Source of the DNA: an uncultured Nitrososphaerota archaeon
GTDB lineage: Archaea; Korarchaeota; Korarchaeia; Korarchaeales; Korarchaeaceae
DNA: 24,000 nucleotides
Reading direction: 5' to 3'
NCBI GenBank assembly: GCA_964618805.1
Contig: CAZUBM010000010.1
Location: 38,839 to 62,838 of the forward strand
Part shown: positions 1 through 8,734 of the stretch, piece after piece
Layout of the letters: every line of letters begins with the position of its first letter
How positions within the stretch are numbered: the stretch's first letter is position 1
Translations under genes and position numbers: made by a program
The notes under the pieces: generated by a model
Databases searched by the model: none
What the model was told of the DNA's origin: nothing
What the model saw: the letters and a program-made list of their open reading frames with translations, nothing else

Positions 1-1311
1 GCAAAAAAGCACGATGCAAAGATCCTTACGAGTAATTCCATAAGATGGCTAGCTCTCAGGGCAAAAGGGATTCAAGCCTCGTATTTTGGAGCTGGCGATT
101 GGAGACCAGTTCTAGAGGAATTCTTCCAAGAGGACGTAATGAGCGTACACCTAAAGGAGGGCGTACCTCCTATGGCTAAGAGAGGACATCCAGGGCACTT
201 TAAACTCGTCAAATTGAGGGAAGATCCGATGAAGAAGGAAGAGATGTTGAAACTTGCCTATGCTCTTATAGAAGGAGCTAGATCGGATCCAGAAGTCTTT
301 ATCGAGATTCAGAGAAGGGATGCATACGTCATCCAGTTAAGGGAGTACAGGATCCTTATAGCACTTCCTCCGTTCTCCGATGGTGTTGAGATCACAGCAG
401 TAAGGCCTATCGTTAAAGTTACGTTAGACGATTACGAGCTAAGTGCAAAATTGAAAAAAAGGTTAAAGGAGAGAGCAGAAGGTATCGTAATAGGAGGACC
501 TCCAGGAGCTGGAAAAACTACGTTCACAAGCGCTTTAGCCGAATTCTACAAGAATTTAGGGAAGATAGTTAAAAGTCTAGAGTCTCCGAGAGATTTGCAA
601 GTAGGAGACGAGATCACACAATATACGAAGCTAAATGGGAGCTTTGAGAATGCTGCTGATCTCTTACTTCTAGTAAGGCCAGATTATGTGTGTTTTGACG
701 AAATGAGGAAGGACGATGATTTCAACATATACACGGACATGAGGTTGGCTGGAATAGGGATGGTTGGCGTGATACACTGTGGCTCGCCTATTGAAGCAAT
801 TGAGCGATTCATAAGCAGAGTAGATCTTGGAATGCTTCCCCACGTGATAGATACTGTGATATTCATAGAGGAGGGAAGGATAAAGAAGGTCTACAGCCTA
901 AACATCACCGTAAAAGTCCCTCATGGGATGAGAGAAGAAGGTCTTGCGAGACCTGTCGTGTTGGTTAGGGACTTTGAGAGCGGACAAGTCGAATATGAGA
1001 TTTACTCGTTCGCAGAGCAAGTTGTAATAATGCCATTGAGGAAGAGAAGGGCCCCTACGATAGAGATAAGGGAACCCTCTTTAGGAAGAGAGATCTACGA
1101 TTTTTCGGTGAGAGAAGGAAAGAAATCTGTCATATTGGACCTTGGAGAGCAAGCTGCAAATAGAAGTGTGTCCCTTTACGATGGAGATAGGGAGATCACT
1201 ACTTTAAAGCTAGGTCCTATGGGAAGAACTGCTGTAGGCAAGAGAAGGAAGGCTGGAAGACAGATATTAAAGGCATGGAAAGCTGGAACGCTTAGAGCTT
1301 TTTATTTATGA
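1..1311 (+). CDS. PIN-domain / PilT-type ATPase with C-terminal RNA-binding-like region (COG1855-like); 5' end runs off the window
   Basis: Frame 1 is open from base 1 (AKKHDAKILTSNSIRWLALRAKGIQ... upstream of the listed ATG at 139), so the ORF is truncated by the window edge. It has a Walker A (IGGPPGAGKTT) and a PilT-like core (RPDYVCFDEMR, GIGMVGVIH). Confidence 0.75.
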   Translation, partial: AKKHDAKILTSNSIRWLALRAKGIQASYFGAGDWRPVLEEFFQEDVMSVHLKEGVPPMAKRGHPGHFKLVKLREDPMKKEEMLKLAYALIEGARSDPEVFIEIQRRDAYVIQLREYRILIALPPFSDGVEITAVRPIVKVTLDDYELSAKLKKRLKERAEGIVIGGPPGAGKTTFTSALAEFYKNLGKIVKSLESPRDLQVGDEITQYTKLNGSFENAADLLLLVRPDYVCFDEMRKDDDFNIYTDMRLAGIGMVGVIHCGSPIEAIERFISRVDLGMLPHVIDTVIFIEEGRIKKVYSLNITVKVPHGMREEGLARPVVLVRDFESGQVEYEIYSFAEQVVIMPLRKRRAPTIEIREPSLGREIYDFSVREGKKSVILDLGEQAANRSVSLYDGDREITTLKLGPMGRTAVGKRRKAGRQILKAWKAGTLRAFYL

Positions 1312-1836
1312 TATTCCGCTCGTTGAAATTTTCCTAATACGTTCCTCTATTCCGATGGACTTAAGGAATTCGAAGACAGCAGGTGGAACTAAATGCTTCC
1401 AGGAGCTATCCCCCTTCAATATCTGTTCTCTTATGTGAGTAGCGGAGTATTTCTCTCTCTCATAGAACGGTATGGGAAGCACTTTTATTCCCACTCTGGT
1501 GAGATCCTTTATAGTCTCTGGATCGTTTGAATATGCTACATCTATCCTTGGTACCCTGTCTAACACAATCAATCCCCAGTCTTCTTCTGGGCTCTCCGTA
1601 TCCGGGATGTTTACCAAGAAAACTTTTCTTAATGGGATTCTTTCTTGTCTAAGGGCTCTTACAATCATTTCATATCTTTCATCCACAGAAAGAGGATTTC
1701 TAAGCGTGTTAGAGTATTGAGCACTCCCAATAGCAATTACTATCTCCTCTACTTGCTCTAATATGTATTTCACTGCATGCAGATGACCATAATGAAATGG
1801 TTGGAATCTTCCGACGTATAGGCCTCTCTTATACAA
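1306..1836 (-). CDS. nadM: Nicotinamide-nucleotide adenylyltransferase (archaeal NMNAT)
   Basis: N-terminal GRFQPFHYGHL nucleotidyltransferase motif, about 175 aa. TTG start at 1836 (an in-frame stop lies immediately upstream) with AGGTG 8 nt upstream. Convergent 6-nt overlap with the ATPase gene. Confidence 0.88.
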   Translation of the reverse strand: MYKRGLYVGRFQPFHYGHLHAVKYILEQVEEIVIAIGSAQYSNTLRNPLSVDERYEMIVRALRQERIPLRKVFLVNIPDTESPEEDWGLIVLDRVPRIDVAYSNDPETIKDLTRVGIKVLPIPFYEREKYSATHIREQILKGDSSWKHLVPPAVFEFLKSIGIEERIRKISTSGIS

Positions 1837-2017
1837 TTCTTACACCTGCTTTTTCCTACAAGCCTGACCTTTGAAGGTCAGGATAAAATCTTAACTCTTA
1901 GTTCAAACGTGATGTTAAACACAAGAATAGAAATAATTAGCAATGGCCTAATTGTCAAACAAATCGACTTAATTAGATTGCAGGGTTCAAATCTCATGTA
2001 AACATTGAAATCCGATC

Positions 2018-2491
2018 TTAAAGAAGGTCATCCGGTCTTATCACAAGATGTTCAGGTAATTCTTCCTTTATTTCTTCATAGGTGTGTTCGTCCATTATCA
2101 AAACGTTCCCAAATATAGTTATATTCTCTATGTGCCAATACAGAGGGAAAGCCTTCATCATTCTGTTTAATATTTCTTCAACCTTTCTCATCCTCCTCTC
2201 AATCTCTGGATTTGCCTTTCCTACATAAACCCACTTTTTCTTTCCTTTTGGAAAATATATTACCCTGTACCAATATCTCTTTCTGTAAAAATATATTCTC
2301 CCTTTCTTTGATACAACCTTATGAATTGTCCTTAGGTGATAACCCTCCAAGCCATAATCGTGCTTAAGGTTCCTAAGAACTCTATTTCGAATCCTTCTTA
2401 ACTCAGTTATCTCCTTCTTGTACCACCGCGCGATGTCCTTGCTAACCCCAACTATTACAAGCTTGGGCATTTTGTGCAAGGTTCTTTTCAT
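2018..2491 (-). CDS. Hypothetical, strongly basic protein with an aromatic/basic beta-hairpin-like core (KKGRIYFYRKRYWYRVIYFPKGKKKWVYVGK)
   Basis: Intact 157-aa ORF with coding-like composition. I recognise no family motif with confidence. Confidence 0.5.
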   Translation of the reverse strand: MKRTLHKMPKLVIVGVSKDIARWYKKEITELRRIRNRVLRNLKHDYGLEGYHLRTIHKVVSKKGRIYFYRKRYWYRVIYFPKGKKKWVYVGKANPEIERRMRKVEEILNRMMKAFPLYWHIENITIFGNVLIMDEHTYEEIKEELPEHLVIRPDDLL

Positions 2492-2673
2492 GTCTTCTGA
2501 GATACAAAAAGATAATGACTAAAGAAACTTCAGGAAAAGGGAGATGCTTCTCTCTCTATTAATAGATCTCTCACCTACATTATATTTTAACCTTGATTCT
2601 ATGAAAAAATTGTAGAAAGCCACGGCTGCTTTTAAAAACAGGAGATCAAGCCCCTGGATAAGTTTAATTCTCA

Positions 2674-2880
2674 ATGAGTCAATCTGATCAACCTATGCCA
2701 ACAATAAAGTGCAGATCTTGCGGTGCTAAGATCCTAATAGATGAAGATGATTATGAAGGAACCGTTGAGTGTCCTGATTGCGGTGCCTTGATGTATGTTA
2801 AGATTTCAGCTGGTAAAGTAAAGGAAGTAGAGCTAGAGGAAGAGAGCGAAGAAGAACTGGAAGGAGAGGAAGAATGGTGA
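2674..2880 (+). CDS. Small zinc-ribbon protein with acidic C-terminal tail ending EEEW (LysW-like amino-group-carrier architecture)
   Basis: CRSCG...ECPDCGA zinc ribbon followed by ...VELEEESEEELEGEEEW*. The paralog alignment suggests the real start may be the second Met at 2695 (MPTIKC...). Confidence 0.7.
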   Translation: MSQSDQPMPTIKCRSCGAKILIDEDDYEGTVECPDCGALMYVKISAGKVKEVELEEESEEELEGEEEW

Positions 2881-2921
2881 ACTCAAGTGTTTAATGATCA
2901 AGAAAACCTGTGGTGATCTCA

Positions 2922-3130
2922 ATGCCCACTGTAATGTGTCCAAGTTGCTTAGTTGAATTCGAGGTGAAAAGAAAGGACTACGAAGGGAAAGTTGATTGTC
3001 CTGCTTGCGGTGCTTCATTCACATAAAAATAGAGGAAGGAAAACTAAAACAAGCAAAGCTAGCAGTGAGCCTCAATGAAATACCGCTTTCTGAGGGGGAG
3101 CTGGAAGGTGAAGGAGAGGAAGAATGGTGA
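2922..3130 (+). pseudogene. Frameshifted paralog of the LysW-like zinc-ribbon protein
   Basis: ATG at 2922 is preceded by GGTGATC. MPTVMCPSCLVEFEVKRKDYEGKVDCPACGASFT stops at TAA 3024-3026. The -1 frame continues (H)IKIEEGKLKQAKLAVSLNEIPLSEGELEGEGEEEW* to 3130. Against copy 1 it looks like a 2-nt deletion near 3021-3026. Confidence 0.6.
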
Positions 3131-3580
3131 GAGGTGAAGATAATGTTAGAAGAGGAGAAGAAAAAGAAAAAGAAGCAAAGGGAGAAGAAAAAGAAGAAAT
3201 AGTGTGGTAAATCGAAGAATCCTCCTTTCTCCCTTTTTTAAGCGAAGTTTAGAAACAGTATCCTTTGAATACTTAACCTACTACTTTCAGCCCCTCATAT
3301 TTGCCATTTGGACGGTTTATAAAAAAAGAATAAGTTGTTGGTATTATATTCAACAAGAAAAAGGAATACGTTATGATAAAGGAGGGTTAGCCTCTTAACG
3401 ATCAAAATCCTCTCTACTGCATGGGAGATTGAGTACTATACTGCTTTAATGTTTGATATCAAGCATTATTAAGTCTTCTTTTTTGTTAAAGTCTATTTAG
3501 GAATGATTTTCTACTTCGATTCTATTTAACTAACCTATTCTTAACATCGAATAGTTCAAATCTTAACTCATCTTAATTTA

Positions 3581-4399
3581 ATGGGAATATCGATGAGGGT
3601 GGGATATGTTCAGACATCTCCTTTTTTAGGAGATGTAGCGAGAAATGTTGATTCTGCTCTAGCATTAGCCTCAGGTGAGGAAGCTGATTTGTTGGTCTTT
3701 CCAGAACTCTTCAATACTGGATATCTCTTTCTTAACAAGAAGGATCTAGCAAAGGTCGCAGAACCAATTCCAAACGGGCCTACCACAAAGAAGTTGATGA
3801 GATTTTCTGCAGAGCACTCGGTCTCAGTTATTGCGGGCATTGCTGAGAAGGAAGGCTCGAAATTCTATAATTCTGCTGTGATCATAAACTCTGATGGGGA
3901 CTATTTAGGGACTTATAGGAAGTTACATCTATTTTTGACTGAAAAGCTGGTATTTGAACCTGGAAACCTCGGTCTTCAGGTCTTTGACCTTGGAAAGATA
4001 AGAGTTGGAGTGATGATCTGCTTTGACTGGATTTTTCCCGAGGCGGCAAGGGTGTTGTCGCTCAAAGGAGCCCATTTGATCGCGCATCCAGCCAATTTGG
4101 TGTTACCCTATGCACAGACGGCAATGTTAGCTAGATCCATAGAGAACAGGGTGTTCACCATAACTGCTAACAGAATTGGGCGAGAAGAGAGGGATGGTAA
4201 AAAGTTGCGCTTCACGGGAAGGAGTCAAATAACATCTCCAAACATGAGGATCTTGAAAAGGGCTTCTGAAAGCTTAGAAGAGGTAGGTGTAGTCTGCATT
4301 GATCCTAGAGAGGCGGAAAACAAGAACATAACCGAACTAAATAATTTATGGGAGGATAGGAGACCAGCCGAATACTCCCTTTTGGTTAGAGAAAAGTAA
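3581..4399 (+). CDS. Carbon-nitrogen hydrolase (nitrilase superfamily)
   Basis: Glu-Lys-Cys triad context: LLVFPELF, YRKLHLF, GVMICFDWIFPE. About 270 aa. Confidence 0.85.
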   Translation: MGISMRVGYVQTSPFLGDVARNVDSALALASGEEADLLVFPELFNTGYLFLNKKDLAKVAEPIPNGPTTKKLMRFSAEHSVSVIAGIAEKEGSKFYNSAVIINSDGDYLGTYRKLHLFLTEKLVFEPGNLGLQVFDLGKIRVGVMICFDWIFPEAARVLSLKGAHLIAHPANLVLPYAQTAMLARSIENRVFTITANRIGREERDGKKLRFTGRSQITSPNMRILKRASESLEEVGVVCIDPREAENKNITELNNLWEDRRPAEYSLLVREK

Positions 4400-5175
4400 T
4401 GGTGTGGGTGTCCTACATGTCCTTTGGTGAACCGCCTAATAGGGAATATCCTGAATCGCCCATGGTTGGGGTAGGAGGAGTTGTACTCAAAGATAATAAG
4501 GTTTTACTAGCTAAAAGAAGCAATCCTCCAGGCAGAGGATTATGGTCAATCCCTGGAGGACTTGTTAGGCTTGGTGAGACGTTAAGAGAGGCTGTTAAGA
4601 GAGAAGTCATGGAAGAATGCGGTTTAGAAGTCGAGCCCATAAGCCCGCTCAAGGTCTTTGACGTAATAGAAAAAGATGAAGAGGGGAAGATAAGATTTCA
4701 CTACGTAATAGTGGACTATCTCTGTAAGATTAGTAAGGAAGGAACTATTCGTCCAGGGGGCGATGTTGAGGAAGTTAGATGGATAGGCATCGATGATGCT
4801 CTTCATCTAGATCTGACTAAAGGTACTAGGTCTCTGATAATGGGTCTTAAGAAAAGACTCTTAGTTATTAGGAACTCTGACATCGAGAAAGTTATGCTTG
4901 GAGCTCCAAAAGGACATAAACATATAAGAGGCCTTATTTTCCTGAAAAATGAAGTAGTAATCGTTTTTCAACAAGCTACTCTTGAGAACATAGCTCGTGG
5001 TGTGATAAATTTGATCACACATCCTCTCAAGAGGGCTCTATGCTTAAGATGTGTTAGATTGGAGAATAGGAAGGGAGATTTTGCAGAATATCAACTTATC
5101 GAAGAAGATAGATCAGAAGAGGACATAATAAACGAGATAACGTTTCTCCTCGCTGAAGAACAGCCAAACCTATAA
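4399..5175 (+). CDS. Nudix hydrolase fused to a C-terminal domain of about 110 aa with unknown function
   Basis: Nudix box GGLVRLGETLREAVKREVMEECGL. The ATG overlaps the upstream TAA (TAATG coupling). I do not recognise the C-terminal half (LLVIRNSDIEK...AEEQPNL). Confidence 0.8.
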   Translation: MVWVSYMSFGEPPNREYPESPMVGVGGVVLKDNKVLLAKRSNPPGRGLWSIPGGLVRLGETLREAVKREVMEECGLEVEPISPLKVFDVIEKDEEGKIRFHYVIVDYLCKISKEGTIRPGGDVEEVRWIGIDDALHLDLTKGTRSLIMGLKKRLLVIRNSDIEKVMLGAPKGHKHIRGLIFLKNEVVIVFQQATLENIARGVINLITHPLKRALCLRCVRLENRKGDFAEYQLIEEDRSEEDIINEITFLLAEEQPNL

Positions 5176-5212
5176 GTGTGATACCTCCTTAACCACTTGG
5201 AAAGAAATACAG

Positions 5213-7555
5213 ATGAGAGAAGCCAATAACTTCAACCCGTCCCCAATACACAATATCTTAGAAAGAGTAGAAGATGAGAGACTTCTTTCTTTCTTGAAAG
5301 AGCTGGAGGAAAGGAGCTCAATCAGCGTTGGCAACGTAAAGGTTAGCAGATTAGCAGCAGCCATGTATCATGATGCAGTTCCAGCTAAATATGAGGAAAT
5401 AGACCTTCATCCAGATGTAAAGAGGATCCTCAGTAAGAGAGGCCTCTTTCCTCTTTTTACTCACCAATCAAAAGCAATAAAAGCGGTTCGAGAAGGGAGA
5501 AATGTAGCCGTTGCTACGCCTGCAGCTAGTGGAAAGTCCCTAGTTTACTTGATTCCAATTTTTGAGAGTTTTATAGAAGATAATAGAACGAAGGCGCTGT
5601 ATCTCGCTCCAACTAAGGCTCTAGAAAGAGATCAGCTTCTTAAGATAATGGATCTTTCTAATTCACTCAAGGGGTTTAGGGTTGCAGCCTACGACGGAGG
5701 AACCCCGCCAGAAGAAAGAGCTGAGATCAGGAAAAATCCTCCTACCCTTCTTCTAACAAATCCAGACATGTTGCATTACGGTATATTACCCAACCATAGC
5801 AAATGGAGTTCGTTCCTCTCAAGCCTAAAATTCGTAGTTTTAGATGAAATTCATGAATATAGAGGGATTTTTGGAGCTCATGTGGCTAACATTTTAAGGA
5901 GAACAAAACGCCTTGCTGAGACATATGGATCAAAACCCATGTTCATAGCTGCCTCCGCCACTATTGCAAATCCTAAAGAACATGCAGAGAAATTAGTTGG
6001 TGAGAAGTTTGAAGTAATAAAGGAAAGTGGCTCTGCCAGGCCAGCTAAAATCATTCTTCTCTGGAATCCCGTACCTCTCTTCGATCCTTATACCGATGCT
6101 GAGCGTCTTTTCCTAGGAGCGATCTCAGCAGGTTTGAAAACGATCGTTTTTTGTAAGTCAAGAAAGGTTGTGGAGATCATGACAAGAAACGTAAAGAGAC
6201 ACCTCCTTAGGCTTGGTAGAGATGATCTTCTTGGTAAAATTGCTTCTTATAGGTCCGGATATCTTCCAAAGGAAAGGAGAAAGATTGAGAGGATGCTTTT
6301 TTCAGGACAACTTAAGGGAGTCGTTGCAACAAGTGCATTAGAGCTTGGAATAGATGTAGGAGAGCTTGATTGTTGCATTCTGGTAGGCTATCCTGGTTCA
6401 AGGATTAGCACATTGCAGAGAGCTGGGAGAGTAGGAAGGAGGGTTGGGAGAGCTGGCATCATCGTGATGGTCGCTATGGAAGATGCCCTTGACCAATATT
6501 TTGTGAAAAATCCGAAAGAATTGTTCTCTGGGGATGTTGAAAAGGCCTTTGTAAATCCTGAGAATGAGAGATTGCTTTCAAAGCATGTATTGTGCGCTTC
6601 CTCCGAATTACCCGTTAAGGAGGAGGATTCTCTGTACTTTGGGGAGAGACTTACTAGTATTTTAGAGGATTTGGAAAGGGAAGGAAAAGTAAAGAGAACG
6701 GCCTTTGGTTATGTCTCCCTAATAAGAAGGCCTCATGTCAAGGTTAGAATAAGATCTATAGAGGATCCCTTCACACTCGTTAATGTAGAAGCTGGCAAAG
6801 AGATAGGTTATGTGGATGGGGCTCGAGTTTTCAGGGAATGTTATCCTGGGGCCATCTATCTGCACATGGACAGGGCATACCTCGTTGTTGGTTTAGATAT
6901 TGAAAATAGGAAAGTTCTCTTGAGAAAAACCATGTTAAAATACTATACACAGGAACTCGTATCCTCAAATGTGAAGATATCGCGGATTTTGAGGGAATTT
7001 AGTAGAGAAGATGTTAGAATAAGGCATGGGGAGGTTAGGGTCACTGAACGCGTCGTTGGATTTAGGAAAAAGCCAATAAGAGGGGGAGTTTCTAAAGAGA
7101 TCGTACCACTTTCCTTGCCTCCCTATGAATTTGAATCTGAGGCAATATGGTTCGAACTTCCCTTGGAAATGCTGCATTATGTTGAGAGCAAGGGCATGGA
7201 CTTTCATGGAGGGATCCATGGAAGCGAACATGCATTAATAGCCATGGCTCCTTTGTTCACTTTATCTGACAGGGCGGATTTAGGCGGTGTTTCAACGCCA
7301 TATCATCCCCAACTTAGTGGGCCTGGCATCTTCATTTATGAAGGGTATCCGGGAGGAGTTGGTATAGTGGAAAAGCTGTATAATGACGCCTTTTCATGGT
7401 TAAAGAAGACCTACATCAACATAAAAGAGTGTCCTTGTGAATCTGGGTGTCTTAGCTGTGGTCTCTTGAGTCCTAAATGCGGAAATGAGAACCAGCCGCT
7501 GGATAAGGTGGCTGCACAATTCATATTGCGTTATATCCTAGAAAAAATAGGATAG
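5213..7555 (+). CDS. DExH-box helicase with C-terminal DUF1998/MZB Cys-cluster domain (COG1205, YprA/MrfA-like)
   Basis: Motif I ATPAASGKS, motif II DEIHEY, motif VI QRAGRVGRR, and a C-terminal CPCESGCLSCGLLSPKCGNENQPLDK metal-binding cluster. Confidence 0.88.
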   Translation: MREANNFNPSPIHNILERVEDERLLSFLKELEERSSISVGNVKVSRLAAAMYHDAVPAKYEEIDLHPDVKRILSKRGLFPLFTHQSKAIKAVREGRNVAVATPAASGKSLVYLIPIFESFIEDNRTKALYLAPTKALERDQLLKIMDLSNSLKGFRVAAYDGGTPPEERAEIRKNPPTLLLTNPDMLHYGILPNHSKWSSFLSSLKFVVLDEIHEYRGIFGAHVANILRRTKRLAETYGSKPMFIAASATIANPKEHAEKLVGEKFEVIKESGSARPAKIILLWNPVPLFDPYTDAERLFLGAISAGLKTIVFCKSRKVVEIMTRNVKRHLLRLGRDDLLGKIASYRSGYLPKERRKIERMLFSGQLKGVVATSALELGIDVGELDCCILVGYPGSRISTLQRAGRVGRRVGRAGIIVMVAMEDALDQYFVKNPKELFSGDVEKAFVNPENERLLSKHVLCASSELPVKEEDSLYFGERLTSILEDLEREGKVKRTAFGYVSLIRRPHVKVRIRSIEDPFTLVNVEAGKEIGYVDGARVFRECYPGAIYLHMDRAYLVVGLDIENRKVLLRKTMLKYYTQELVSSNVKISRILREFSREDVRIRHGEVRVTERVVGFRKKPIRGGVSKEIVPLSLPPYEFESEAIWFELPLEMLHYVESKGMDFHGGIHGSEHALIAMAPLFTLSDRADLGGVSTPYHPQLSGPGIFIYEGYPGGVGIVEKLYNDAFSWLKKTYINIKECPCESGCLSCGLLSPKCGNENQPLDKVAAQFILRYILEKIG

Positions 7556-7568
7556 GGATGGAATTAGG

Positions 7569-8600
7569 TTGAAAGGAACCTTATGTTCCCCTAAGACTGT
7601 CCTTGTAAGAATTTCTGAAAGAGAAGGGATTCCTCTTATTGGTGCAATTCCATTCGGTTTGATAGATAGAGGTACAAACGTCATTCAAGTAAGGCCTTCA
7701 TCCATGTGTCCTCTTTCATGCGTATTTTGTTCTACGGATGCTGGTCCTAATTCCAGAACAAGACTTGCTGAGTACTTCGTTGATTTGGATTATATAATCG
7801 CATACTTTGAAAGGCTAGTTGATTTTAAGGGAATAGATGACATAGAGGGACATATCGATACAGTTGGAGATCCTTTAACTTATCCTCATCTTACGAATCT
7901 GATAAGAAGATTAAAACAGAACCCTAGAGTCAAGATAGTCTCTATTCAGACGCATGGACAGCTTTTGACAGAGGAAAAAATATATGAGATGGAGGAGGCT
8001 GGTCTAGATAGGATTAATCTAAGCATAGACTCTCTTGATGCTGAGCGTGCTCGATTTCTCAGCGGCTCTCCCTATTATGATGTTGAAAAGGTAAAGGAAT
8101 TGGCCAAAATAATAACAGAGTGCACTAGCATGGATCTTTTGATAGCCCCGGTTTGGGTTCCAGGGATTAACGATAAGGATATGTTTGAACTCATAGAATT
8201 CGCTCTATCGGTAGGTGCTGGCAAGAGATGGCCGCCTCTTGGGATTCAAAAGTACATCCCTCACAGGCTTGGAAGGAAGCCAAGAAACGTTAAGCCAATG
8301 AGCTGGGCTAGGTTTTATTCGGTCCTAGAGCGTTGGGAATCCAGATTTGGCGTTAAGTTAATCCTCTACCCGGAAGATTTTGGAATACATCCAGCTCCTA
8401 GGCTTCCTAATGTGATGAAGCTCGGTCAGGTTGTAAGGGCTAAGATAGTTGGGTTAGGGTGGCGGAGAGGAGAAGCTCTTGCCGTAGCTAAGAACAGGAT
8501 CATCATGATCCTCAATGCAGCAAGTCTTCCTTTGGGTTCTGAGGTAAAGGTAAGAATAATTAGGGATAAAGACAACATATATGTAGGAAAGCTCGTTTAA
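7569..8600 (+). CDS. Radical SAM enzyme with C-terminal TRAM-like beta-barrel (COG2100-like)
   Basis: CPLSCVFCS (CX3CX2C) cluster motif. The C-terminal KLGQVVRAKIVGLGWRRGEALAV...GSEVKVRIIRDKDNIYVGKLV looks like TRAM. TTG start 13 nt after the helicase stop. Confidence 0.75.
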   Translation: MKGTLCSPKTVLVRISEREGIPLIGAIPFGLIDRGTNVIQVRPSSMCPLSCVFCSTDAGPNSRTRLAEYFVDLDYIIAYFERLVDFKGIDDIEGHIDTVGDPLTYPHLTNLIRRLKQNPRVKIVSIQTHGQLLTEEKIYEMEEAGLDRINLSIDSLDAERARFLSGSPYYDVEKVKELAKIITECTSMDLLIAPVWVPGINDKDMFELIEFALSVGAGKRWPPLGIQKYIPHRLGRKPRNVKPMSWARFYSVLERWESRFGVKLILYPEDFGIHPAPRLPNVMKLGQVVRAKIVGLGWRRGEALAVAKNRIIMILNAASLPLGSEVKVRIIRDKDNIYVGKLV

Positions 8601-8734
8601 ATGATCTGTCTCCAACATTGATTAATACCCAATTTGGAAGCTTCAGTTTTAAAAGGTGAAACCCTTGTTGGCATTGAAACCCATTCACTTATGATAATAA
8701 CCCAAGAGTAAGAGAAGGAGGTTAATGCGAGAAG

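Noticed and set aside
1980-1998. tRNA T-loop-like GGTTCAAATC that might mark an integrase att site.
   Set aside because: The flanking bases cannot form a T stem, it has no similarity to the 3' halves of the tRNAs in the window, and there is no integrase nearby.
2833-3018. 61-aa - strand ORF.
   Set aside because: It is the complement of the purine-rich tails of the LysW-like genes, giving a low-complexity Phe/Leu/Ser translation.
3204-3398. 64-aa + strand ORF in the AT-rich spacer.
   Set aside because: It has no SD, an implausible composition and no recognisable motif. It is likely non-coding promoter or spacer DNA.
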